Part shown: positions 38,590 to 51,205 of the stretch, piece by piece
Position numbering within the stretch: the first letter of the stretch is position 1
How the letters are laid out: every line of letters begins with the position of its first letter
DNA from: Octopus vulgaris
Taxonomy: Eukaryota
Direction of reading: 5' to 3'
NCBI GenBank assembly: GCA_951406725.2
Contig: OX597814.1
Coordinates: 33,542,001 to 33,606,000, forward strand
DNA length: 64,000 nucleotides
Position numbers and translations under genes: made by a program
Notes under the pieces: model-generated
Told to the model about the DNA's origin: nothing
Database searches by the model: none
Seen by the model: only the letters and a program-made list of their open reading frames with translations

Positions 38590-41180
38590 TTAATTTTCTC
38601 TTTTTTCTTCCTTCTCTTCTGAACACTTGTCAGTCGTGTATTTTGGATTTATCATGGTTTTGATGCTAACCATGGGCATTGTACGAATGTATACATGCAT
38701 ACAGGTACTAATTATGCATGTGTGTTGTATTATTCTATGTGGCTTATACATATGCTTCTTGTCAAAAACATGAGATTTGCAATAGAACACGTAGTCTTAA
38801 GAGCCATCTTAAAGCCCGTGGCATATGACAGTACACTTTTAATAGGACAAAAGAAGAAAATGCAACAGATACTCCAAATAACTATCTCCACATGTTTTTT
38901 ATATCTACTACAGAATAAATATCTGAAACATTTCACATATTTCCGCTGTTTTATTAATGGCTTGTAATTTCTTAGCCCTGTCCTTGTATAGTTTTTTGAA
39001 TCCCAGATTAACATGATTATTTGTTACATAATCAAGTGTTCCAGTAATTACAGGTGTAAATGTAAAGAATAACCCAGGTAAAGTATCTGCAGATTTTTTA
39101 TTAGTTCGGCATTGATGGTTTCTGTTTTCTTTACCGTTTAACATTAAGCTAACGTCTGCTTGGCAATTCTTTGTCTACTACTCTGCATTTTTTTTTTCTG
39201 TCTGGCTTTGTTATGCATGTTTCACAAATATTTTGTCAGAAATAATCCACCATAATCATATCCTAAGTATACTTTCCACACTATTGTATGTCAGTCTTTA
39301 TCCATTTTACGCATCGTATTGTGTGCTGTTATGACCCATATCATGCATCATAGACAGATAAGATCGCGATGAAGTTTTCGAACACTTACTTATGATGCGG
39401 ATTACATTTTCATCGTTAATTCCACAATTGATTGTCGCACCTACTTTTGCCGTCATCCGTATGCCTTTTGTGCATTTGGTATTTTGCTGTTATTTCCTGC
39501 TCCTGGATTTCAAGTCATACCCTTAAACATGGGATCCGAGGTTAGTTGTTAATCTAAGATAAACTACTCTAGCTTCTGCCTGATAAGTATCAAAGTCTTT
39601 TAGCAAATGTCTGATTGCGGTGAAGCACTGCACTTTTTGTTTGTGCCTATTACTTTCCGAGGAGCTCCTCTCAAACTCCTGTAATTTTTTTTTTATCTTA
39701 GGTGTGCACACTTGATCCATGGATGCACTATAATGCATGATGGTTTGTTGTTGAATGGATACATATTGAACAACTTCTAATCAGCAATCTATTCTAATCT
39801 ATGCTGTGAGAGAAGCGGCAGAACTGAAAGAACTTGATTTAAGTCGAGTAGGATGACAAGCTTCGATTCCGTTTTTCTTTGAACTGCTAAAATTCCAGAG
39901 ACCAAAATCAGTGACATTAGGAACCAATTTCAACTTGGAGCACCAAACTGAAATTGAATACATAATGTGACTTTTGTTGCTAGTAGGATAACATATTGCA
40001 AAGTATATTTCAAGGAGAAATTGTATCGTTATTTATACATGCAGTAAATTTCTTATCCTTTTTGTTGAGGAGGCGTGAAGGACATGTAATTTGCTCGCTT
40101 AAATGCAGAACCATTAACCTGACACAGACAATCGATGGTACGAAGAAGAACCTTGATACGTTTTTATGAATCATTGCTATTTTTTACATTTCGCAGACCT
40201 GTAACAGCATTTCTTGTCTGATTTGTTTACTTCATATTACCTTAAGGAAACCACTTGTGGAGAAGGCTTATAAATAGGCATTTATTGGTTTGCTACAATC
40301 AATGGACAATATTCAATTGTAAATATGCACAGCTTTTACCACTCAGTGCGTCCCTTATCACTATTAGTCAAATGGGATCTGTCTTGTAGTGAGGGCATAT
40401 ATGCAAATATTTCATTAAGGTACATTTCAATTATTTATAGAATTTTGCATTCTCTGCTCCTAATGCACTTATTGTGATTGACACGTTGGTCAGTAACAGC
40501 TAGATATAAACGATACATCATACTCCGAGGCAACGTAGTAACAGTCAGAGACTGGTTTGTTGTCAGATTTCGTATCGGCATGTGTCCCCACGGATTGGGT
40601 TCTTTTATTGTCATTTATGCACGATTCACACCTTCGAGAATAGAACTGCAATCAACCAGACTTCGCGTGCATCAACAAATGCTGCTTGTAGGAACAATTC
40701 TTTCGTTACGGATTTAGTTCTAGGCGAAGTTTTTCCCGGTATATTTTCATTCCGCACAACGGAGGAATCTTTCTGCTATGTTATACCACTTACAGAAATC
40801 ATTATTGATTTCATAACTTACAGAAAAATATACTTTATAGTTTCACTTACTTCCATTGCCATAACTAATAAGATTCTGCTTAACTTTTATATGAAAGTTG
40901 TTTTTCTTCGGTTCTTCTCTGATATTGTTGATGTTATTGATCTCAGCCGTGTTGTTTCTAATGAATCTCAGCATAGCGAACTCAACGCTTGAGACAAATG
41001 CCTCTACGATGTCAAACAACAAAAGTTTTTCTTCCAAGAATGTAATCAGCATAGCCAGTTATTTGACTTGGCTGATAGTTGTGGCATTAATGTTGGAGAT
41101 AGAATTCACTGTAAATTCATTTAACGGTCTTTCCTGCCAAGTATACGCTACATCCCACATCGATGCAACATACAAATTCC
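38590..41180 (-). pseudogene. Heavily decayed long reading frame with SF1B (Pif1/RecD-like) helicase-like motifs
   Basis: Ordered motif-like peptides: LIVIRDALSGKSC (~40328-40368), LCI..FSLV (~39941-39968), LVILLDLNQVLSV (~39821-39860), CPIKSVLSYATGFK..VFDKKHMYKPHRI (~38733-38850); many stops and frameshifts. Confidence 0.4.
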
Positions 41181-41182
41181 TA

Positions 41183-41236
<54 letters not shown>

Positions 41237-41530
41237 TGTTTGTCTGTCTGGATATCTGTATGTATGTATGTATGTATGTCATTATTCAGTTTATTTCAAG
41301 ATTTCTTACCAATAGAGAAAGAATCGGTTTCTAACCTAGATCCAAGGCTCCTTCATTGGAAATTTCAAAATCAACAACAGGATATTTTTGTTTGTATGTA
41401 TGTATGTATGATTGAATGGATGTATGTGCAATTTTGTATGTATGTATGTATGCATGTATGTATGATTGAATGGATGTATGTGCAAATTTGTATGTATGTA
41501 TGTATGTGTGTATGTATGTATGTATGTATG

Positions 41531-42030
41531 TTACATGGTCGGGTCGTAAGTGACTAAACCAGCAACCCCACCAAGCTTGCTTGGTGAGGAGGGTGTTTAT
41601 TGGACACCCTGTGGGATGAAAAACAAAACCTGTCAAAGGGCGGAGGAACTCTTGAGAGTCAACGGCCATCCAATAAATGTCTTAAGGCTGTATCATGCGC
41701 GGGGACATAGAAATAATCGGACTGGATACCCGATCGCGCGGTTAAACCATTGGGAGTGAAGGACTCCTAGCCTTTGTTAGGGCATCCTTCTAGGAGAAGG
41801 TAACTCAGGTAACTGGGATAACTCCGATATAAAACCTGCGGCTCAGTGGTTACCGATGATGTTGACTTGTTCTTCTTTTCGGATTATGGCTGCTGTTGCT
41901 TAGTGAGTGGGATTGACTCAGTGCACAGCCTTTCCTCACTTTAAAAAAAATCTTGCACGGGCATTGCACGATAACAACATTGATTAAGCTTCGTGCAATG
42001 GCCATACTCGATAACGAGGGGGCAGCCACC
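41531..42030 (+). mobile_element. Non-autonomous RTE-related element
   Basis: GGGCATCCTTCTAGGAGAAGGTAACTC resembles the RTE 5'UTR motif; 3' hairpin CATTGCACGA/TCGTGCAATG followed by (ATGT)n tail. Confidence 0.6.
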
Positions 42031-42307
42031 ATGTATGTATGCATGTATGCACGCATACACGCATATATGTAGGTAGGTAGGTAGGTAGGTAGGTAGGTAG
42101 GTAGGTAGGTAGGTAGGTAGGTAGGTAGGTAGGTAGGAGGTAGGCAAGTAGGTAGGTAGGTAGGTAGGTAGGTAGGTAGGTAGGTAGGTAGGTAGGTAGG
42201 TAGGTAGGTATGAAGTAGGTAGGTAGGTAGGTAGGTAGGTAGGTAGGTAGGTAGGTAGGTAGGTAGGTAGGTAGGTAGGTAGGTAGGTAGGTAGGTGCAT
42301 ATGCATA

Positions 42308-43101
42308 CGAGGGGGTATCCAAAAGTAACCGGAAACGTTTTCTGTGGGACAAGCCAGTTCAGGCTTCCGCTGCTAGAAGCCATTTCATGCCACACTCAGG
42401 CACCAGTCTGCCGAACGGCGTTGTCGAGTGCAGTCGTACTGCCCCGTGGTGTGTTTTGCAGTGTTTCACCCCTGTTCGTCGATTTTTGCGATGACTGAAA
42501 AGAAGAAACCGCGTGCTTCCGTGAAATTCTGTTTCCTACTGGGGAAAACGGCGGCTTCGGTAACTTATAAGGACGCTGTCATGAGCAAAATACAAGTTTA
42601 CGAGTGGTTTCCACGCTTTAGGAATGGTCACTTATCGCTTGACGAACAAACTCGTTCAGGGCGACCGTCAACCTCCCGAACGAATGAAAACATCATAAAA
42701 GTTCATGAACTGATTTTGGAGTATCGTCGCCGAACAATTGACGAACTCGTTAATATGATTGGTGTGTCCTGGAATTCCTGCCAACGAATTTTGAGCGAGG
42801 AATTGCGAATGAAAAGACTTGCAGCAAAATCTGTGTTTCGCTCGCTCGAAGAAGATCAAACGAAAGCTGGTGCTACGGAATTTGCAGATGTGGAAGAGGT
42901 GAAGAAAAAAACCCACGGAAGTATTAAAAAAGCATCAATTCGCAAGAGTTTCAGCACTGCTTCCAATGGTGGAAAACGCGTCTGGACCGATGTATTGCTT
43001 CAAATGGAGAATACTTTTGAAGGTGATAAAAGTGTAAACATGTAAAATTAAGTGAATGAAATAATATTGCAAAATTCCGGTTTCTTTTGGGTACCGCCTC
43101 G
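42308..43101 (+). mobile_element. Internally deleted mariner (irritans-like TIRs)
   Basis: TA|CGAGGGGGTATCCAAAAGTAACCGGAA ... TTCCGGTTTCTTTTGGGTACCGCCTCG|TA. Confidence 0.92.
42491..43045 (+). CDS. Truncated mariner transposase ORF (N-terminal HTH domains; catalytic domain deleted)
   Basis: MTEKKKPRASVKFCFLLGKTAA..VYEWFPRFRNG..RSGRPSTS..QRILSEELRMKRLAAK; 184 aa open, ending FEGD. Confidence 0.6.
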   Translation: MTEKKKPRASVKFCFLLGKTAASVTYKDAVMSKIQVYEWFPRFRNGHLSLDEQTRSGRPSTSRTNENIIKVHELILEYRRRTIDELVNMIGVSWNSCQRILSEELRMKRLAAKSVFRSLEEDQTKAGATEFADVEEVKKKTHGSIKKASIRKSFSTASNGGKRVWTDVLLQMENTFEGDKSVNM

Positions 43102-43253
43102 TATAAGGAGACGGGTAAGCATGAAGGTGAAGATGTAAAGAGACAGAGAGATATTAGGTGAAGAAACAGGCAGATGTAGAGGTACGTAGATAGCGAAGTG
43201 GGTGGAAAATATGACAGACTGGCAGACAGGCAGGCAGGCAAGCAGGCAAGCAT

Positions 43254-43530
43254 GAATGCAGAGGAGATTAGTCACTTGTTAACTATACACTAAGCACAAA
43301 CAGACAATATCTTCTCTGCTTTTGGCGCTGGTAATTCAGAAAATGTCGTTTATCATTTCTTAATGGTTTCATTTGTGACAAGTGCTAACAACAGATGCTA
43401 GTCTGTTGATCTTCTTATGCACTATTATGACAAAGCTAGTCAAGATGAAGAACACACGGACGAATCAAATGTATTGCATAAAAGTTACCTCTTTCTGTAT
43501 ACGCAATTATTCAGGGTGTGTTTAGAAATG
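43254..43530. repeat. Diverged direct repeat, copy 2
   Basis: See 38236-38510. Confidence 0.8.
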
Positions 43531-44329
43531 CACGCGAGTTGCAGCTTGCTTAAACGGTAGGCCTTAAGTCTATCCTTTAAACATTCCATTCTCCATTTGC
43601 ATTACCCGTTACCGTAACCGAATAAGTAACTAAATATAACCTTCTTCATCATCTTCATCATCTTCTTCTCTTCCTCCTTGTCCCCTCCTCCTTCTCGTTT
43701 GCTTTCTCCTTCTCTTCCTTTTCTTTCTTCCCTCTCTCTGTCTCCCTCCTCCTCTTCCTTTTACGACTTGCACCGGACACAGTAACAGACGATCCACAAT
43801 GTCAAATACATATTGAGATATCTGTTTTTCTAACTTGAAGAACCGTTTGTATTGTGTGTGCGTGAGAGAGAGAAAGCATGTATGTCTGTTTATGTCGATA
43901 AGAAGGATATTTTACTATCATCCAAGCTTAAAATTATCTGGTGTCGTTACCCCTTACAGGGCGGAATTCTGTGGTTGTTAGTGAATACATTATCATCCGC
44001 TCTTAAATCGAAAATAGCTCTAAAAAGATCCATTGCAGATTCTCAACCGTTTCACCACCGCATCACTGGCTTGATAGTTAATTTAATTTATCGACTTCGT
44101 GGAATGAAATGCAAAGTAGACCTAGGCAGCGTTTGAAATCAGAACGCAAAATATCGGAACTAAATACCACAAGGCCTATTGTCTGGTGTCCAGGTTCGAC
44201 ACAACTGTTTTATTGGACTCTTGTTCGATTAGACAGAGGTTCAGCCTATTGTTGTGATTAGTAGAAACTGACAAAATAATGAATATTTCGACAACTTTAT
44301 GTACTCGGGTTCATATATACCTTTCTTTC

Positions 44330-45190
44330 TATTTTAGGCACAAGGCCTGAAATTTGACGGGAAGAGAGTAGTTGATTGCACTAATCCCAGTGCTAAACTG
44401 GTACTGTATTTTATCGATCACCGAAAGAACGTAAAGCAGAAGAAACGCCACGTCAGAACGTAAAGCAGGAAGAAACGCCACTAAACATTTTGTCCAACGT
44501 ATTAATGATTCTACCAGCTCGCCATTTTACTTTCTATTTAAATATTCTTTTCTACTTTAGGCATAAGGCCCGAAATGTTGGGGGAGGGGGGGCTAGTCGA
44601 TTAGATCGACCTCAGTACGCAACTGGTACTTAATTTATCGACCCCGAAATGCTGAAAGGCAAAGTCGACCTAGGCGGAATTTGAACTCAGAACGTAAGAC
44701 AGACGAAATACCTATTTCTTTACTACCTATAAGGGGCTAAACACAGAGGGGACAAACAAGGACAGACGAAATACCTATATCTTTACTACCCACAAGGGGC
44801 TAAACACAGAAGCGACAAACAAGGACAGACAAACGGATTAAGTCGATTATATCGACCCCAGTGCGTAACTGGTACTTATTTAATCGACCCCGAAAGGATG
44901 AAAGGCAAAGTCGACCTCAGCGGAATTTGAACTCAGAATGTAACGGCAGACGAAATACTGCTAAGCATTTCGCCCGGCGTGCTAACGTTTCTTATTTCTT
45001 TATTGCCCACAAGGGGCTACACATAGAGGGAACAAACAAGGACAGACAAAGGAATTAAGTTGATTACATCAACCCCAGTGCGTAACTGGTACTTAATTTA
45101 TCGACCTCGAAAGGATGAAAGGCAAAGTTTACCTCGGTGGAATTTGAACTCGCCCGGCGTGATAACGTTTCTGCCAGCTCGTTGCCTTTC
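44330..45190 (-). mobile_element. Tandem cluster of SINE family A units
   Basis: At least four head-to-tail central-domain copies. Confidence 0.9.
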
Positions 45191-45237
45191 TAATTCAAAT
45201 ATGAATACAGTAATGCCTCGATATACATGTTAATTCA

Positions 45238-45530
45238 AGGCAGCGAGCTTGCAGAAACGTTAGCACGCCGGGCGAAATATTACGTTCTGAGTTCAAATTT
45301 CGCCGAGGTCGATTTTGCCAATCATCCTTTCGTGGTCGATAAATTAAGTACCAGTCACGCACTGGGGTCGATGTAATTGACTGAATCCCTTTGTCTGTCC
45401 TTGTTTACCCCCTTGTGGGAAATAAAGAAATAAGAATCGTTAGCACGTCGAACAAAATGCTTAGTAACATTTCGTCTGTCTTTACGTTCGTAGTTCAAAT
45501 TCTGCCATGGTCGATTTTGCCTTTCATAGT
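45238..45530 (+). mobile_element. SINE family A (opposite orientation to the adjacent cluster)
   Basis: AGGCAGCGAGCTTGCAGAAACGTTAGCACG head. Confidence 0.88.
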
Positions 45531-46483
45531 AGAAAATACTTGTCCAAATTGACGCGCAGTAGGACTGAACCCGGAACCATGTGGTAAAGAAGCATGTTTC
45601 ATACTACAGAGTCACGCCTGCGCCTATCAGTTTATATATTTTGTCCTTCTATATTTTGGGTTCTCTTTTTTCACTAGAGATGACTTGGCTTTTTATCTGT
45701 CTGGTAGCATTCTATCTCTCTGAAAATAACTGCTACGAATAAACATACTGTGGTTTGGTCGAATATTCGTTTGCTATATAGACACTACAGTCTCTCCTAC
45801 ATAAATTGACCTTGTGCCTAGTCCGAAAAAAAAAATCAATATTTACCTACAGAGGTCAACAGATTTCAATACATTTCATCTCAGAAATGAAATAAGTAGA
45901 AATAAAGATACACACGTATATATATGGAAAGAAAGAAATGCGAATAGAAATAGAAAGATAGCATCAGGCGAACAATGAAATTTTCTGAGGGAGCTCAGCG
46001 TGGTATGAAGCCAACGATATTGCCAATTGACCTTCTGGTTAATAGTGGATATCTACGTACAATACTCTACAGGATTATCTTTTGAAGTCTTACAATCTGA
46101 AGGCATTAAAGCTACACGTATGCATTGACTGGCAATGAAAGTGTCAGGTTAAACTACTTGAGACTGGAGATCTAGAAATAAAGCCGATATCAACAACATA
46201 AGAAAGGAGTTCTATTTCATTCTTTTGTATTCTTTCTTCAGTTTCTGTACAAATGAAATATTTCTTTCCTTTAGTTTCCTTTGTGGTCGTCGTGTTCATC
46301 ATTATCATTTATTATATGTTATATCTTATGAGTTCAAATCCCGGCAAGGTCACCTTTGTCTCTCATTTTTTTGACCGGTGGCTGATAAAATATGTGCCGG
46401 ACAAGAAATTCCTGTTCTTGCGCTCATGCAAGAAATTTAAATCTTTTATCAATGATGTCCAAGTTTAAATCCCACCACGAATA

Positions 46484-46910
46484 TTCTTTTCTACTCTAGG
46501 CACAAGCCTCGAAATTTTTAAGGAGGGGGCCCGGTCGATTAGATCGACCCCAGTATGCAACTGGTACTTAATTTATCGAGTCCAGATGGATGAAAGACAA
46601 AGTCGACCTCGACGGAATTTGAACTCAGAACGTAAAGACAGACGAAATTCTGCTAAGCATTTCGCCCGGCGTGCTAACGTTTCTTATTTCTTTATTGCCC
46701 ACAAGGGGATAAATATAGAGAGGACAAACAAGGACAGACAAACGTATTATTACATCGACCCCAGTGCGTAACTGGTACTTAATTTATCGACCTCGAAAGG
46801 ATGAAAGGCAAAGTCGACATCGGCGGAATTTGAACTCAGAACAAAAAGACAGACGAAATACTGCTAAGCAGTTCGCCCGGTATGCTAACGTTTCTGCCAG
46901 CTCACCGCTT
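46484..46910 (-). mobile_element. SINE family A dimer
   Basis: Two units; imperfect TSD AATCCCACCACG.ATATTC. Confidence 0.88.
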
Positions 46911-47404
46911 TCAATCCCACCACGGATATTCACTCACAAATGCATTCTTTCTTTTAACTCACTTAATCACATACATACATACATACATACATACATACAT
47001 ACATACATACATACATACATACATACATACATACATACATACACACACATGAACACGCAAATACACATAAATGAATAAACACTACACAACTACAATCAAA
47101 ATTATTTCAAAAGAAATTAAATATGAAACATATTTACGCTCAAAATGTAGCCACATATATATTTACACGCACGTACATATGTGTGTGTGTGTGTGATATT
47201 TTTGTGCTCTGTGGTACTGAAGATGACAAAACCTGTCTTGTAAGAATACGTGCTGTAAGCAGGGGAAACCGATCCGGGAGTAGATAAAATTATTTATAAC
47301 AGTATGACTATTTGCAGGAATGTTCGGGGACACACACACACACACACACATACATATATTTGTGTAAACATACGTAGTAAAAATACAAAAATGGCAAATT
47401 TAAC

Positions 47405-47637
47405 TATTTCTTTACTGCCCACAAAGGGCTACACATAGAGGAGACAAACAAGGACAGAAAAACGGATTAGTTTGATTATATCGACCCCAGTGCGTAAATG
47501 GTACTTATTTATTCGACCCCGAAAGGATGAAAGGCAAAGTCAACCTCGGCGGAATTTGAACTCAAAACGTAACGGCAGACGAAATACGTCTACGCATTTC
47601 GCCCGGCGTGCTAACGTTTCTGCCAGCACGCTGCCTT
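47405..47637 (-). mobile_element. SINE family A
   Basis: Full length; flanking TGGCAAATTTAACTATTTC duplicated. Confidence 0.9.
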
Positions 47638-47919
47638 GAAAAAAAAAAATTGGCAAATTTAACTATTTCTACGTAGATTCAGAAAATGTGGGCAGCCTTA
47701 ATCAATTTTCGACCCCCAGTGGGTTCTCATCGGAAATGTCAACATCATTTGACCAATCGCAAAGAAATATGCAACCAATACAGTTATATCCTCAACAAAT
47801 CCAGTCACTTCAGAGAACTGGAGTTATTAATTTGCATTCCATAAATATTTAATTCTCTATTTTATATCAGCCGTCTATCAACGAGGATCACAGTCCGCAT
47901 CGTATTAAGGTATGTTGTA

Positions 47920-48334
47920 GGATCTTTTCGGTCTGAACAGCAATTTTTAACATAATTTCTAGCTAACTAAAAAATTTTAAACTTCGTATACTGGTAGAAT
48001 GTGTTTATAAAGCATCTTTTTCTCTTGGCTTTATTGAGAAAATTCTATAGTTTGTAAGATATTTGTTGTTTTTTTTTTCTTCAATTCCTGCAATTTCAAC
48101 CAATCAAATACGTCTATTGAGGTAAAAAAAACATTCTGTGCCGTATGAATATGTCTCTCGTTTAAGAAACAGATTGGGTTTATTTACATTTGTGAAGAAA
48201 AAAAGATACCCTTCCCTCCACCCCTAACCCTAAAACAGATTGAAATGCAATAGATCGATACTAGGGTCATAATTATGGGTGACAACTTCATATGACACCG
48301 CTAGAAAAAACTGCCATTCAAACCGAAAATATCC
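47920..48334. mobile_element. MITE with GG-initiated ~29-bp TIRs and 8-bp TSD (Merlin-like)
   Basis: GGATCTTTTCGGTCTGAACAGCAATTTTT / AAAAAACTGCCATTCAAACCGAAAATATCC; TSD ATGTTGTA at 47912-47919 and 48335-48342. Confidence 0.85.
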
Positions 48335-48405
48335 ATGTTGTAATATATGTAAAACTACGCAGTAGAAATACTAGTAGAAATTTAACTATTTCTATGTAGA
48401 TTAAA

Positions 48406-48715
48406 GTGGAGGCACATGGCCTAGTGGTTAGAGCAACGGACTCGCGGTCGAGGGATCGTGGGTACGAATCTCAAAACGGGCGATGTGTGTGTTTATGAGC
48501 GAAACACCTAAGCTCCACGCGGTTCCGTCAAAATGTAATGGCGAACTTCTGCTGACTCTTTCGTCACAACTTTCTCTCTCTCTTTCTTCCCGCATCTTGC
48601 AGCTCATCTGCGACGGACCGGCGTTCCGTCCAAGTGGGGAACCTCTACGCCAAGGAAACCGGGAAACCGGCCCTTATGAGCCAGGCGTGGCTCTAGAAGG
48701 AACAAACAAACAACA
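48406..48715 (+). mobile_element. SINE family C
   Basis: Matches 55910-56210; TSD ATGTAGATT(T)AAA. Confidence 0.88.
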
Positions 48716-48899
48716 ATGTAGATTTAAAAATACGGAACAGCCTTAACGCTGTCACATCTATAACAGGAATAGGTTAAACCGCATCTCTGCCGAATTCCCG
48801 GTGAAGCGGTAATTAACAACAGACATAAGAAAAGGAAATGTAACGGATTTTATCCATTAGTTTTCCTGCAATCCTTACTCTTCAGCTGTATATCCAACT

Positions 48900-49260
48900 A
48901 TTTATCTTTTGCTCAGGAACCAGGCGGACGGTAGAGTTCGACGTAGGAGCCCAAGTCCGAGAGGGTTCATCAATTTTTGAACTCTATACATAAGCATCTC
49001 TAACAAGACTAGTTCTGTTGCATTTCTGGAGAATTCATCTGGAATACAACAGAAAACAGAATGAATTTCATAATTAATACATTCCGTACTTGTTGCATTG
49101 TGTACCATACTTATATTGTAATGCATTCCGTACTTGTTGCATTGTGTACCATACTTATATCGTGGTCCATTGCTTTCAGCTGCTGCTTATATGAAACCAA
49201 AGGTGACGCGCATATGAGTATTTGTATTATAACTCGTTTTAAAGATTTCACTCTTGTCTA
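48900..49260 (-). mobile_element. Possible decayed Penelope GIY-YIG C-terminal fragment, with 44-bp-period tandem duplication (49080-49160)
   Basis: ..YGTQCNKY.. and ..LLEMLMYRVQKLMNPLGL weakly resemble E..L.TL.P.GLN; the duplication is direct. Confidence 0.3.
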
Positions 49261-49606
49261 AATGTACGGGAATCGAAACCGCGATCCTACGATCGCAAAT
49301 CCGCTGCTCTAACCACTGGGCCATTGTGCCTCCATATTTATTTAGTAAGATACATTTATACACTATTACGGGTTCACATATTCAAACAAAAGAAGAGTCT
49401 ACATATTTAAACAAATGAACCGGGTTAATATTGAATTCACTCATTTTGATATTCTAATAACACTTTATTATTTAAATGCACGATATCAGGTGAAACGGGT
49501 TCACATTCGATGGCTATTTTAGATCGTTAAACGACTGTATCTGAGAACTATAAATTACACCAGAAAGCGTTTCTACATTCTACATAATTACATAGAAACA
49601 CAACAC

Positions 49607-50128
49607 TATGTATGTACGTATGTATGTATGTATGTATGTATGTATGTATGTATGTATGTATGTGTGTATGTGTGTATGTGTGTATGTATGTATGTATGTA
49701 TGGATGGATGGATGTATGTATGTATGTATGTATGCATGTATGTATGTATGTATGTATGTATTATGTATGTATGTATATATGTATGTATGGATGGATATAT
49801 GTATGTATGCATGCATATATGTATGTATGTATGTATGGATGGATGGATGTATGCATGTATGTATGTATGTATGTATGTATGTATGTATGTATGTATGGAT
49901 GGATGGATGGATGCATGCATGCATGCATGCATGCATGTATGTATGTATGTATGTATGCATGCATGCATGTATGCATGCATGTATGTATGTATGTATGTAT
50001 GCATGCATGCATGCATGCATGCATGTATGTATGTATGTATGTATGTATGTATGTATGTATGTATGGATGTATGCATGCATGTATGTATGTATGTATGTAT
50101 GTATTATGTATGTATGTATATATGTATG
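49607..50128. repeat. Compound (TATG/CATG/GATG)n microsatellite
   Basis: Direct. Confidence 0.97.
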
Positions 50129-50899
50129 TGAGTGTTACCGTTTTGGTGTGAGAGGTTAAAAGCGCAGAGTGGCTTGAATTTCCATCGTTGTAGTGTGAAG
50201 ACTATTTCTACTTTTCTTTTTCTTTTTATTTGCCTTTCCCAATATGTCTGATATCGCAAACCAGATAAGGTCTCTGATATTTCCTCTTCTTTTCAACTTT
50301 CTTTTCTTCCCCTTAAGCACATATATTTATTCATCTAAACAGATTCCTTTAGAACTTAAGACATCGAAAGAGTGAAGAGGGAGTTGTTGGTTAACGGGGG
50401 TTTAAATTTTTATTATTTTTAATTTCTTTTAGCAAATTTTTTTTTAAACGACACAGAAAAACAGCGGTACATAAACGTATACATATGCACATACATATGT
50501 ATGTTTGTGTGTGTGTATTTATACACACACACACACACACACCAACATATATAAATTAATAAAATAAAAGGAAAATGTCACCACAGTTTGTATCCTGTAT
50601 TCCAATGTTTGTATGTATGTATATGTGTATATGTGTGTATGCATGTGTATGTATATGTATGCATATATATATACGTATAACTATATGTGTGCGTGTGTGT
50701 GTGTATATGTACGTTCATACACGCACACACATAGAGGAGCTTATGCGTGTATATATCATGAAATTATGTACAGTATATATGTACATATATATTTATATAT
50801 ATTTAATTATATATATATATACATATATATATTTAAATATATTTATATATATATGTATTTATATATATAAATATATTTATATATATTTATATATATATG

Positions 50900-50975
<76 letters not shown>

Positions 50976-51013
50976 TATTATGTATATATATATTTATATA
51001 TACATACATACAG

Positions 51014-51130
<117 letters not shown>

Positions 51131-51205
51131 GCATGTGCATGCACACGAGTATATATATATATATATATATATATATACTTTATTTTAAGCAGCAGAAAAT
51201 TCAAC

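Noticed and set aside
40898-41557. 219-aa membrane-like plus-strand ORF
   Set aside because: Runs antisense to the decayed frame and then through microsatellites; no family recognised
48222-48233. Interstitial telomere
   Set aside because: Only two CCCTAA units, inside a MITE
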